Shown here: in pieces, positions 37,401-46,498 of the stretch
How positions within the stretch are numbered: the stretch's first letter is position 1
How the letters are laid out: each line of letters opens with the position of its first letter
Program-made: the position numbers and the translations under genes
The notes under the pieces: generated by a model
Told to the model about the DNA's origin: nothing
The model's database searches: none
Seen by the model: the letters and a program-made list of their open reading frames with translations, nothing else
DNA from: an uncultured delta proteobacterium
GTDB taxonomy: Bacteria > Desulfobacterota > Binatia > Binatales > Binataceae
NCBI GenBank assembly: GCA_963842085.1
Contig: CAWJET010000001.1
Span: 1,760,001 to 1,824,000 of the forward strand
Length of the DNA: 64,000 bases
Direction: 5' to 3'

Positions 37401-37748
37401 GGTCTTCGCACGATCGATGAGTCATTCCCGTTCATCGAGAGAACCGGCTCGCGGTTATATGAGGCGGAGATGCGTCGAGTAAAGGGTGAATTGTTGCTGG
37501 CGCAGGACGCATCGAACGCCGCGCCAGCGGGGCAATCCTTCCGCACCGCAATCGAAATCTCGCGCAAGCAGCACGCGAAGTCGTGGGAATTGCGCGCGAC
37601 CACGAGTCTCGCGCGGCTGCTTGCGACGCAGGGACATCGCGACGAGGCGCGCGCGATGCTCGCCGAGATCTACCACTGGTTCACCGAGGGCTTCGACACC
37701 GCCGACTTGAAAGACGCGAAAGCCCTGCTCGACGAATTAAAACCTTAG
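34423..37748 (+). pseudogene. Double zinc ribbon + class III adenylate/guanylate cyclase + AAA/STAND ATPase + TPR-like protein, frameshifted near 35237
   Basis: CxxC ribbons, ERKTVTALFADIKGST, GDGIFALFGAP; at GGACCCTGCGCACG one base is missing and GLGP-LRTRLQRSAGRGLSKFVGR continues in the frame of ORF 35274-37748 (AEPGVGKSRL, FEDLHW). Confidence 0.85.
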
Positions 37749-37814
37749 CGGCTCGGACTCTGCCAGCGCATCACCGCCGATAAATCGGACAAGCTCGACG
37801 CACCATGGCGCCTC

Positions 37815-37874
37815 TTGACAGTATCGCGCCACGGTCATATGGTGAGCATCTACTCACTGAGTTGATACTCAGTG
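37815..37874 (+). promoter_or_regulatory. Sigma70 promoter with overlapping TetR-type operators
   Basis: TTGACA (37815), 17 nt, TATGGT (37838); GTGAG-N6-CTCAC at 37842-37857 and CACTGAGT-TGAT-ACTCAGTG at 37855-37874. Confidence 0.75.
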
Positions 37875-37890
37875 GAAGACTTGGAGCGCG

Positions 37891-38478
37891 ATGCAGGCAG
37901 CGACACGGCGGGAGCAAAAAGTGGTGACGCGGGACCGGTTGGTCAATGCGGCCATGGCGCTGTTCGCGCGCAAGGGCATCGTCAATACGACGACTGCCGA
38001 TGTGGCCAGGTCGGTTCGCATGTCGCACGGCGTCGTGTTCCTGCATTTTCCCCGGCGCGACGACCTGGTGATCGCCGTGATCGACGAGTTCGGGCGCCGG
38101 CTGTCGGCCGAGTTTCGGCAGGCCTTCGAGCGTGACCTTGGCCTCCGCGCCGTTCTGCAGGCGCATCTGCGCGTGCTCGCCGAGTTCGAGCCGTTCTACG
38201 CGCGGCTGGTGACCGAAGCGCCGATGCTGCCGCCCAAAGTGCGCAGCACTCTGATGATGCTGCACGCTGCCGTGTCCTACGAGCTGTTCATCGCGCTGGA
38301 GCGCGAACGCAAGGCGGGCCGCGCGCGCAAGATCGAACGGCCACTGCTGTTCAATACCTGGATCGGGCTGGTGCATCACTACCTCGTCAATCGGGACGTG
38401 TTCGCCACCGGGGACTCCGTGATCGCGGAGCAGGGAGAAACCCTGGTGAATCATTTTATGACGCTGATGAAATCGTAA
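37891..38478 (+). CDS. TetR/AcrR family regulator
   Basis: AAMALFARKGIVNTTTADVARSVRMSHGVVFLHF HTH. Confidence 0.9.
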   Translation: MQAATRREQKVVTRDRLVNAAMALFARKGIVNTTTADVARSVRMSHGVVFLHFPRRDDLVIAVIDEFGRRLSAEFRQAFERDLGLRAVLQAHLRVLAEFEPFYARLVTEAPMLPPKVRSTLMMLHAAVSYELFIALERERKAGRARKIERPLLFNTWIGLVHHYLVNRDVFATGDSVIAEQGETLVNHFMTLMKS

Positions 38479-38492
38479 AAGGAGAAAAGACC

Positions 38493-38747
38493 ATGGCTGA
38501 AAAATGTCCCGCTTGTGGTTCATGCGGAATGCCGATGGAGAAACCCGAAGACTACGCGCTCGGCGACGTGACGCACCCCTACTGCCGCTATTGCACCGAC
38601 GCGCGCGGCGAGCTGCTGCCCTACGAGCAGGTGCTCGCGACCAACGCCCGCTTCTACGTGGAGTCGCAGGGCGTCACGCCTGCGGCGGCGAACGCGATGG
38701 CGCGCGCGATGCTGGCGGACATGCCCGCGTGGCGCGGTAGACATTAA
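38493..38747 (+). CDS. Small zinc-ribbon domain protein
   Basis: CGSCGMPM...YCRYC; C-terminal MPAW; AGGAG RBS. Confidence 0.8.
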   Translation: MAEKCPACGSCGMPMEKPEDYALGDVTHPYCRYCTDARGELLPYEQVLATNARFYVESQGVTPAAANAMARAMLADMPAWRGRH

Positions 38748-38792
38748 GGATTCGAAGAACAAAAAACGAAAATTCAGAACAAGGAGAAAGTC

Positions 38793-39155
38793 ATGTTTGA
38801 TCACATCCAGCTGAAGGTGAAGGACCTCAAATCGAGCAAGCGCTTCTACACTGCCGCCTTGGCGCCGTTTGGGTTCAGCGTGCAGTACGATGCCGACGGC
38901 GTGGTAGGCTTCGGCCCCAAGGGCGCGCCGGCCTTGTGGTTGGCTGAGGGCGAGCCGCGCGGTCCCGTGCATGTCGCATTCACGGCGAAGGACCGCGCTG
39001 CCGTGCGGGCATTCTACGCGGCTGCTCTGCCGGCGGGCGGCAAGGACAATGGCAAGCCAGGGCTCAGGCCCGACTATTCCGCCAATTACTACGGCGGGTT
39101 CGTGAAGGATCCCGACGGCAACAACATCGAGGCCGTCTGCCATAAAGAAGAATAG
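38793..39155 (+). CDS. VOC/glyoxalase family protein
   Basis: MFDHIQL, HVAF, GGKDNGKPGLRPDY, DPDGNNIEAVCH. Confidence 0.93.
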   Translation: MFDHIQLKVKDLKSSKRFYTAALAPFGFSVQYDADGVVGFGPKGAPALWLAEGEPRGPVHVAFTAKDRAAVRAFYAAALPAGGKDNGKPGLRPDYSANYYGGFVKDPDGNNIEAVCHKEE

Positions 39156-39164
39156 CTAAGGCGA

Positions 39165-39203
39165 GGGACTGTCCTGATCGGCCGCGTCGATCAGGGCAGT
39201 CCC
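39165..39203. repeat. 16-bp intergenic hairpin without U-tract
   Basis: GGGACTGTCCTGATCG-N7-CGATCAGGGCAGTCCC. Confidence 0.65.
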
Positions 39204-39225
39204 GAACGAGTTCAAGGAGGCGGTT

Positions 39226-39696
39226 ATGAATCTGGAAGGTGGATGTTCATGCGGAGCTATCCGCTACAAACTGACCAACAGTCCGCTAATCGTTCATGCC
39301 TGCCACTGCCGGGATTGCCAGCGCGTCACCGGCAGCGGCTTTGTGGTCAACATCTGGATCGAGAAGCAGTTCGTGGAAAGGACGGGCGCAGTTCCGAAGT
39401 CATTCACGCTCAAGGGAGGCACCGGCAAGGATCACGAGGTGTTCTTCTGCGACAAGTGCGGCACCTACGTCTGGAGCCGTTATCAGGTCGCGCCCGGCGG
39501 CGACGCCTTGTTCGTTCGGGCAGGGACGCTGGATAATCCCGACGCGGTCACGCCTGACGTGCACATCTTTACCAGGAGCAAGTTGCCGTGGCTGAGACTT
39601 CCGGAGGGTGCGACCGCGTTCGAGACAGCATACAAGATCGACGACGTCTGGCCGGCGGCGAGCAAGGAGCGTCTGCGTCGCAATGCCGAGCGCTAG
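39226..39696 (+). CDS. GFA (CENP-V/Mss4-like) family protein
   Basis: EGGCSCGAIRY, CHCRDCQR, FCDKCGT, PDVHIFTRSK. Confidence 0.92.
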   Translation: MNLEGGCSCGAIRYKLTNSPLIVHACHCRDCQRVTGSGFVVNIWIEKQFVERTGAVPKSFTLKGGTGKDHEVFFCDKCGTYVWSRYQVAPGGDALFVRAGTLDNPDAVTPDVHIFTRSKLPWLRLPEGATAFETAYKIDDVWPAASKERLRRNAER

Positions 39697-39717
39697 AGCT
39701 GGTCTTGCCGCGACGCG

Positions 39718-40263
39718 TCAGTAGTTCGTATCCAGCCCCGATGAGGAGCTGTAGTGGGTATCCAACCCTGACGAGGAATAGTGGGTATCCAGCCCCTGAC
39801 GATTGTTGTTGAATTGGCTGGGCGGAAAGCGATCGGAAGAGGACAGGTCGGTGCGAGTGGGGAATCGATCCTTATCCTGGAATCGTGCGGACGAATCGGC
39901 GAACCTGTCAGAGTTTTGTCCGCTCTGAAACTGTGACTTTGGCCAGCGCGATTGCGAGGCCGCTCCTCCAGTCATCGAGCCCGCCCGCGAATCGAAATTG
40001 CCACCAGCGGCAGAAGACGACGCAGCCCCGGCCCTTTCCTCAAAGGTGCTGCCCAATGAGCTGGCGCCCCACGTCCGCGACCCTCCGCCCAAGTCGTCCG
40101 AGCCGACCGTGGACCCGATGCTGGTACCCATCGAGCTGCCGCCGGTTCCGACTCCCGCCGTCGTGGTTGCGTACTCGCCCATCGTTTGCGCGTTCGCATG
40201 CGGCGCGAATACTGCGAGCCCCGCGATTAGCGCGGCTGGTACGATCATCTTGACGAGTCTCAT
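39718..40263 (-). CDS. Secreted low-complexity Gly/Ser-rich protein with C-terminal GLDT(H/N)Y repeats
   Basis: GGAGG RBS; signal peptide ending ANA; three GLDTxY units. Confidence 0.65.
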   Translation of the reverse strand: MRLVKMIVPAALIAGLAVFAPHANAQTMGEYATTTAGVGTGGSSMGTSIGSTVGSDDLGGGSRTWGASSLGSTFEERAGAASSSAAGGNFDSRAGSMTGGAASQSRWPKSQFQSGQNSDRFADSSARFQDKDRFPTRTDLSSSDRFPPSQFNNNRQGLDTHYSSSGLDTHYSSSSGLDTNY

Positions 40264-40424
40264 GGCCTTCGACCTCCCCTGAGCCTACTGCCAGTAACGT
40301 TCGATACTGTAGTCGTAGCGTCAAGTACGAGGCAATAACCCGCCCGGGCGGTCGCACGCGAGCGGCCATGCTTGTTACCTATCAATCCCCGCGGTTAGTC
40401 TGGAATGGATACTCAAAGAAGACC

Positions 40425-41726
40425 GTGGACGAAATCGAAATCACTCCCCTGACCGCCCCGCTCGACGCCCGCGTCGTGCTGCCCGGCTCCAAGAGCATAA
40501 CGAACCGCGCGATGGTGCTGGCCGCGCTGGCGCAGGGCCGCTCGGTCCTCGAGGCGGTCCTGCTGAGCGACGACACGCGCTACATGAGCGACGCGCTGCG
40601 GGTGATGGGGTTCATCGTCGAGATTGACGAGCCGGCGCGCAGAATCACAGTCAGCGGGCGTGGCGGCACGATCCCGACGCGTGGCGGTGAGATCTTCGTC
40701 GGCGGCGCCGGCACCGTGATGCGATTTCTGGTCGCGATGGTCACGCTCGGCGAGGGACGTTTTCGGGTCGACGGCAATCAGCGGATGCGTCAGCGTCCGA
40801 TCGGTCCGCAGCTCGACGCGATGCAACGCCTGGGCGCCAGTGTGTACAGCGAGCGCGACAACAACTGCCCGCCGGTGATCGTCGATGCGTCCCGGGCGCG
40901 CTTCGAAGGGGGCGAAACTTCGATCGACGCGCGCGTCTCGTCGCAATTCGTCTCGGCAATGCTGATGCCGGCGCCGATCTGGAAGGCCGGCCTCAAGCTG
41001 CGGGTGATCGGAGACGCGGCGCGGCCGTTCATCGACATGACGCTCAGGCTGATGGAAGTGTGGGGCGCGCATAGCTCGGTCGAAGGCGAAACGATCGTAG
41101 TGCCCGGCGGCCAGTGGTATCGCGCGCAGCGCTTCATCGTCGAGCCGGACGCGTCGAGCGCAAGCTATTTTGCCGCGGCCGCCGCGCTGGTCGGCGGCAG
41201 CGTCCGAATCGAAGGCATCAGCTCGAACTCGGTGCAGGGCGACATCGGTTTTCTCGGCGTGCTGCAGCGGATGGGCGCGCGCGTGCTGTGGCATCCCGAC
41301 TATGTCGAGGTCGCGGGAACCGGGCAGCTTGCCGGCGTCGACGTGGCGATGAATTCGATGCCGGACATGGTGGCGACGCTCGCCGCGATTGCCCCATTCG
41401 CTTCGTCGCCGACCAGAATCCGCAACGTCGCGTTCATCCGGCATCACGAAAGCGATCGCATCCGCGCGCTCGCGACCGAACTGCGGCGGCTGGGTGCGAC
41501 CGTTATCGAGAACGACGACGGACTCGAGATTGCGCCGTCCGCGATGCATCCGGCGGCGGTCGAGACCTACGACGATCATCGAATCGCGATGAGTTTTGCG
41601 GTGACGGGTCTGAAACTCGGCGGCGTGAGGATCAAGGATCCCGGATGCGTCGCCAAGACTTTCCCGGATTTCTTCGAGCGTGTCGCCGCGCTTGGCAGCG
41701 CAGCAGCCTCTGGACGTGGCCAGTAA
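40425..41726 (+). CDS. aroA: 3-phosphoshikimate 1-carboxyvinyltransferase
   Basis: PGSKSITNR, AGTVMRF, SSQFVS, EPDASSASY, HESDRI, TYDDHRIAMSF; start probably GTG 40425. Confidence 0.96.
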   Translation: MDEIEITPLTAPLDARVVLPGSKSITNRAMVLAALAQGRSVLEAVLLSDDTRYMSDALRVMGFIVEIDEPARRITVSGRGGTIPTRGGEIFVGGAGTVMRFLVAMVTLGEGRFRVDGNQRMRQRPIGPQLDAMQRLGASVYSERDNNCPPVIVDASRARFEGGETSIDARVSSQFVSAMLMPAPIWKAGLKLRVIGDAARPFIDMTLRLMEVWGAHSSVEGETIVVPGGQWYRAQRFIVEPDASSASYFAAAAALVGGSVRIEGISSNSVQGDIGFLGVLQRMGARVLWHPDYVEVAGTGQLAGVDVAMNSMPDMVATLAAIAPFASSPTRIRNVAFIRHHESDRIRALATELRRLGATVIENDDGLEIAPSAMHPAAVETYDDHRIAMSFAVTGLKLGGVRIKDPGCVAKTFPDFFERVAALGSAAASGRGQ

Positions 41727-42582
41727 AAGGACGAATCCGGAGCGGTTCGTCCTCGGTTTCATCAAGTTTTTCGGCACACCGCTATGCATCGCCGCGCTGC
41801 TCGCCGCGATGGTTGCGGTCACCCGCGCGCGCGCCGGGCGATGGGAGGACGCGGCGCTGGCCGCGTCACTCGCGCTGGCATGTGCGGGCGCGGGAATCGG
41901 CGCGAGCTGGTGGGTTCGATACCACGCGCGCGCGCCGGATGCTTCCGAGCGATTGCGCGCGGCGAATCCCGACGCGCCGTGGATGTGGCGGGAGGACTGG
42001 GCCGCGGGCGAAGTCCGCACTTCGGCGCGGCGCGACGCGAATCGACTGACGCTCATCGCGCTCGCATGGTGCGTCGCGACGTTTCCGATCTTCTTCATCG
42101 CGCCGCACCGCGCGCTCCGAGGCGCCGACTACTTCGCGCTGCCGTCTTTGATATTGCCGCTCGCCGGCGTCGTCATGCTGACGTGGGCGATGCGGATGCG
42201 GCGGCGACTCCGCGAATACGGCGAATCCCGGTTCGCGATCGCTTCCGTGCCCGGGCAAATCGGCGGTTCGCTCGACGGTTCGATTCATATCGACAAGCCG
42301 ATCCCGGCAGGGCAACAAGTCGCGCTCGAACTCGAATGCATCAACCGCACGACCCGCGGCTCCTGGCACAGTCTCACGACGTGGGACTGGATTTTGTGGC
42401 GCGCCGAGCAAACTTCGATGAGCGATTCGACGGGATCGATTCCCGCCGCGTTCATGATCGCGCCGGACTGCCGGCCTACCGACGACTCGAATCCTCGAAG
42501 CCGAATCGTCTGGCGCCTGAGCGCGAGGGCAGGGGAATACCGCGCGGAGTTCGAGGTGCCAGTGTTCCTTATTGTCGCCTGA
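41716..42582 (+). CDS. Hypothetical membrane protein
   Basis: About 4 TM segments, PDAPWMWREDWAAG, C-terminal beta domain ending FEVPVF; overlaps aroA end. Confidence 0.7.
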   Translation: MASKRTNPERFVLGFIKFFGTPLCIAALLAAMVAVTRARAGRWEDAALAASLALACAGAGIGASWWVRYHARAPDASERLRAANPDAPWMWREDWAAGEVRTSARRDANRLTLIALAWCVATFPIFFIAPHRALRGADYFALPSLILPLAGVVMLTWAMRMRRRLREYGESRFAIASVPGQIGGSLDGSIHIDKPIPAGQQVALELECINRTTRGSWHSLTTWDWILWRAEQTSMSDSTGSIPAAFMIAPDCRPTDDSNPRSRIVWRLSARAGEYRAEFEVPVFLIVA

Positions 42583-42649
42583 CCCGAGCCGCCGGACCGC
42601 TTCGCGATTTCAAAACCGGAACCGGCGTCGCTTGCGCGCGGCTGTCCGA

Positions 42650-42694
42650 GATCCTTCCTGCCGCTCGCGATGCTCGCTTCGTCAGGATGACAAA
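42650..42694. repeat. Half-copy of a REP-like element related to 26518-26606
   Basis: GATCCTTC...GCTTCGTCAGGATGACAAA resembles the right arm GATTCTTTGCTTCGCTCAGAATGACAAA; also between convergent genes. Confidence 0.6.
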
Positions 42695-42728
42695 CGGGGA
42701 TCGATCCTTTTTGCCAAACCATTACGGC

Positions 42729-43850
42729 TCAGACTTCGCCCAGCGCTTCGCGGATGGAGCGGTGGAAATGTTCGAGCGCGTTTTCGTAGCGGCCGTACAT
42801 CACTTTTCTGATCGCGCCGGATTCGAAGCCGTGCTGGATGCCCTCGCCCAGGGTGAAATCCTGATCGACCACGCCGAGCAGAAGATCCATCGTGCGCGAC
42901 CATTTTGGCGACGGCTCGGGCGCCAGGATGCTGACGGCGGTGACGCTCTCACCGACGCCGTCCGGGAAGATGCGGTAAACCTCGGCGTGATCGGATTGCA
43001 TCACGAGGATGGTCTTGGGAAACAGGTTCATCAGGATGGTTGTGTGGGGTATTAGGTTCCACTTCTCTTCGGGGAGGTCGCGCAGCTTCTCGATTGACTT
43101 GCGCACGCCGATGTAGCGGGTGTTGCGGCCGAACGCGTCGAACATCGCGAGGTTCTTGATGAACAGCGGGCCGACGTTACCAGCGTGCAGCACTTTGATG
43201 TGGTACGCCTCCCAGAATGTGTCGCTGACCAGCTTCCAATTCATCCGGCGGCGGACGACGCGCGTCTCCTGATGCGCCATCGTGGCGATGCCGTACGACC
43301 CGATGTCGTCGCCGAGACCGGCGAGCATCGCGTCAACGTCGATCGCCTCGCCCGGACCGGGGGTCGCGAAGATGAGGCCGTACTTCTCGGCGACCGGCAA
43401 TGCGACCAAGCCGCTGGCGGCGCGATCGAGACCTTCGAATCCGTAGTCGTCGGGAATCGCGACGAGGCGTCCGTCGGTGTCGTAGCTCCACGCGTGATAG
43501 GGGCATGAAAACAGCTTCGCGGTGTGGCCGCATCCGGCGAGGAGCTGGGCGCCGCGATGACGGCAGATATTCACGAAGGCGCGCAACTCGCCGGAGGTGT
43601 TGCGCACGACGAGGATTGGCACAGGCGCGAGATCCTCGGTGAGGTAGTCGCCGGGATTGGGAATCTGGGAGCTGAAGCCGGCGACGATCGGATGATGCCG
43701 AAACAGCACGTCACGTTCGCGGGCGGCACGCTGCGGCGACGTGTACGCGGACGTATCGTTGCGCGTGAATCGCTCGGCCATCGGCGGCGTCCCGCGATCG
43801 ATCGCGTCGAAGATCTGGTGGATGAGATTGACCTGGGTTGAGTGCTTCAT
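42729..43850 (-). CDS. Ring-hydroxylating Rieske oxygenase alpha subunit
   Basis: NICRHRG, CPYHAWSY, NWKLVSDTFWEAYHIKVLH. Confidence 0.92.
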   Translation of the reverse strand: MKHSTQVNLIHQIFDAIDRGTPPMAERFTRNDTSAYTSPQRAARERDVLFRHHPIVAGFSSQIPNPGDYLTEDLAPVPILVVRNTSGELRAFVNICRHRGAQLLAGCGHTAKLFSCPYHAWSYDTDGRLVAIPDDYGFEGLDRAASGLVALPVAEKYGLIFATPGPGEAIDVDAMLAGLGDDIGSYGIATMAHQETRVVRRRMNWKLVSDTFWEAYHIKVLHAGNVGPLFIKNLAMFDAFGRNTRYIGVRKSIEKLRDLPEEKWNLIPHTTILMNLFPKTILVMQSDHAEVYRIFPDGVGESVTAVSILAPEPSPKWSRTMDLLLGVVDQDFTLGEGIQHGFESGAIRKVMYGRYENALEHFHRSIREALGEV

Positions 43851-43978
43851 TGGGGAAGTCGGGATGCGAAGATCATCGGGAGATGGGTAAGCTATACCAT
43901 GTCATGGGTTGTGGTTCACTGGCTTATGTGCCACCAAGGATAGGTAGTGGGTGGTTTTGAAAATTGGAGATCAGGGCG

Positions 43979-44116
43979 ATGAGTAGTAAGAACAAGATAC
44001 TGACTATAGTACCGGCGATGGCACTCGGAATTGGGCTGGCACTGCCGGCTCTTGCACAGGAAACGAGTGGCCGTTATTCAATCTGCGATTCTGATCCTGG
44101 GAAGACAATTCTTTGA
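43979..44116 (+). pseudogene. Short ORF that is mostly a signal peptide; probable truncated secreted-protein gene
   Basis: MSSKNKILTIVPAMALGIGLALPALA-QETSG..., stop after 45 aa; GGAG upstream; below the ORF-track cutoff. Confidence 0.4.
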
Positions 44117-44159
44117 TCGAAACCGGATCAGGGAATATGCACCAGTCGGCAGCTGCTAA

Positions 44160-45143
44160 CTATTGCCTCGCTATATTCTCAACGGTAATCACCAGTCCAG
44201 GCATCACTCGCAGAATTCCGAATAGCGACGGCAATCCTCGATTGACTAGATGAACACCGTGCGCTGCCGCCAAACCATTTTCTTGGGAGCTTCGCTCAAT
44301 CAGCGCAAAAGGTACAAGGAATGACGCTGGATGCGTTTCAGGCTTCTCCACCCGGTGGGCTTCCGCCTGAGCCGGCAAGTTGCCTAGTCGAACGCGGTTG
44401 ATCTCATTCTCCAGTTCTTGGCCTATTGTCTCCGCTTCGATCTTTTTGGCGTCGGCTCTTGCCCTCTCGGCATCGGCTCTTGCCCTCTCGGCATCGGTTT
44501 TTGCCTGCTCGGCGTCGCTTCTTCCCTTTTCGGACCTTCGCTTCTGCCAATTCAGCGTCAGATCGATAGCACCGGTGAGAACAGCCGTTCCTGCTATTAC
44601 AGGAACAGAAATCACACCGACACCGCACGTAGTGAGTAAACTCAACCCACCGACGACCAAACCAGGACCCGTTGCGAGAAAGTCCACCGAACCTTTGACA
44701 ACCCGAACAGTCGGCATCGCGGCATCCGCGCCAAACGAGCGATTTGCCGCCAAAAGCGATGTAACGAGTTCTGTCAGCGCTAATGAGGTGGCTGCGACTT
44801 CGGAAAGTGGCAGCCCACCATCGAGGGCAGCGCGCATCGCCGGATGGCTAAATCGAACAAGAAATTCGCGCGGCTCCAGCAGACTGCGGTCAAAAGGCAA
44901 CATTCCGCTTTGAACGAGCTGGACCATCTCATCGTCTGAAGGATCGATTCTTCGTAAGAGGTGCGGGAGTATCTTGGCGCCATTTTGAGTTACCCAAGAA
45001 TCCGCCTCTTCCAGATCTCCATCCTCTGCGTCTCCGCGTAAGAGCGACGGCCTATCGTCACTTATCTCTGCCTCGCGGATGATCTCAAGCCGATCGGCTT
45101 CGGTAAGTTTAAGAATGAGCTCTCGCAATACTTCACTCGGCAT
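44160..45143 (-). CDS. Hypothetical protein with hydrophobic segment and heptad (DAERARA) repeats
   Basis: GGAGG RBS before ATG 45143; 21-bp tandem repeat near 44448-44520; visibly lower GC than the flanks. Confidence 0.65.
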   Translation of the reverse strand: MPSEVLRELILKLTEADRLEIIREAEISDDRPSLLRGDAEDGDLEEADSWVTQNGAKILPHLLRRIDPSDDEMVQLVQSGMLPFDRSLLEPREFLVRFSHPAMRAALDGGLPLSEVAATSLALTELVTSLLAANRSFGADAAMPTVRVVKGSVDFLATGPGLVVGGLSLLTTCGVGVISVPVIAGTAVLTGAIDLTLNWQKRRSEKGRSDAEQAKTDAERARADAERARADAKKIEAETIGQELENEINRVRLGNLPAQAEAHRVEKPETHPASFLVPFALIERSSQENGLAAAHGVHLVNRGLPSLFGILRVMPGLVITVENIARQ

Positions 45144-45370
45144 CGCGGCACCTCCGGGGCATCTTGCCCCTGACCGGCTTCGCATCGAGCCTACATTCGC
45201 CCATAATTTATCCGCAAAAGCAAAAGGCGAAATGAAGCACAAAGGTGTCTCGATTCCAGAGACGGATCATCGAGCGCGTGGTGGAATTCCTCCCCAACCG
45301 CAATATCCGCGTCGATATGGTCCCGATCAGCGCCGCTGAGTATTTCAAAAAAGCAATTGAGCCTGTGTGA

Positions 45371-45392
45371 ATCGGTTATATGGATAACCGAT
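45371..45392. promoter_or_regulatory. Perfect 9-4-9 palindrome, putative operator
   Basis: ATCGGTTAT-ATGG-ATAACCGAT in the AT-rich divergent promoter region. Confidence 0.6.
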
Positions 45393-45454
45393 CTCGTCGA
45401 ATAAACGCTGCGCGCTCAGCCTGATCACGTGAGAATCAGCCAGCCTGCTATATT

Positions 45455-46174
45455 GTGTCAATGACCGCTGCTCGTGCATCGCCCCGGAGACTAGAAAGCC
45501 TCAAGAACATCTCCTGGCTCACGGCGCGCCAGCTCGACAAGCTCTCCAACGCGCTAACGGTCAGCACCATCGAAAAGCGCGCGATCATTTTCGACGAGAA
45601 ACATTCACCCGACTCCGCATACATCTTGCTCGCGGGAGTGGCACGAATCACATGCCGCAATCGCAAGGGTCGGCGTACCCTGGTGATCATGGTCGCGCCC
45701 GGTATGGTTCCCGGCTTCCCGCCGGCGGTACCCGGCTTCAGTTACGATTTTCGCTGCGAAGCGGTTACCCCTTGTCGGATAGGGACGATCCAACTCGACT
45801 CGTTGATCGAAATAACACTGGGCATTGCTTCGACAAACTTCAAACGGATGGCGGCGAGCTACCTGGGCCGCTGGGATTTAGTTCAACTGCGCTGCGCAAA
45901 TTTCATGAGCTGTACTTTGGAAGAACGGTTGGCTCTAATTCTGCTGGAATTGAGTGAAACTTTTGGGGCTTCCGATGGAAAAGAAATACGGCTGACATTA
46001 CCGGTCCGGCACAGGGATTTGGCTGAACTGATCGGTGCCTCGCGCCCCCGAATTACCGAACAGTTGGCTTTGTTCGAGCAAAAGCATCTGATTTCGCGCA
46101 AAGGCCACCAGCTCGTTGTCAATCGCGATCGATTGGAAGGTCTTTTGGCGCAAACTCACATTTCTGAAAATTAG
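45455..46174 (+). CDS. Crp/Fnr family transcriptional regulator
   Basis: cNMP-binding-like N domain; LEERLALILLELSETFG; HTH RHRDLAELIGASRPRITEQL. Confidence 0.88.
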   Translation: MSMTAARASPRRLESLKNISWLTARQLDKLSNALTVSTIEKRAIIFDEKHSPDSAYILLAGVARITCRNRKGRRTLVIMVAPGMVPGFPPAVPGFSYDFRCEAVTPCRIGTIQLDSLIEITLGIASTNFKRMAASYLGRWDLVQLRCANFMSCTLEERLALILLELSETFGASDGKEIRLTLPVRHRDLAELIGASRPRITEQLALFEQKHLISRKGHQLVVNRDRLEGLLAQTHISEN

Positions 46175-46498
46175 CGCTTTTACCGTTGTGGTTCCTCACA
46201 ACTTGATCCGAGCGAATTGGTGGGTGGTTTCGATCGGCTGGCGATAGCCTGCGGTGGCATGGAAATGTCGACAAACGAGTCATTCCAGGTAGCCGGAAGC
46301 GCGAACCGCGAACCCGCACCGTCGCGGCGCCACTTTCCTGATTCGAAGTCCACCGCGTTAGCGCGCCCCGGCGAGTCTCCCGCGTTTCCGTGCGCGCGGA
46401 TGAGGTTTTGAGGAATCATGCCCTCATGGTGAAGCCAACGCGTGCCTCTCCTTTTTTTGGGCGTCCTATCTTAGAGTGAATTTTCGGTAACTGTGCCT

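Noticed and set aside
40413-42098. 561-aa minus-strand ORF
   Set aside because: Antisense to aroA; no recognisable motifs
44448-44520. Tandem repeats as a possible CRISPR array (also 39721-39797)
   Set aside because: In-frame coding repeats without unique spacers; no cas genes
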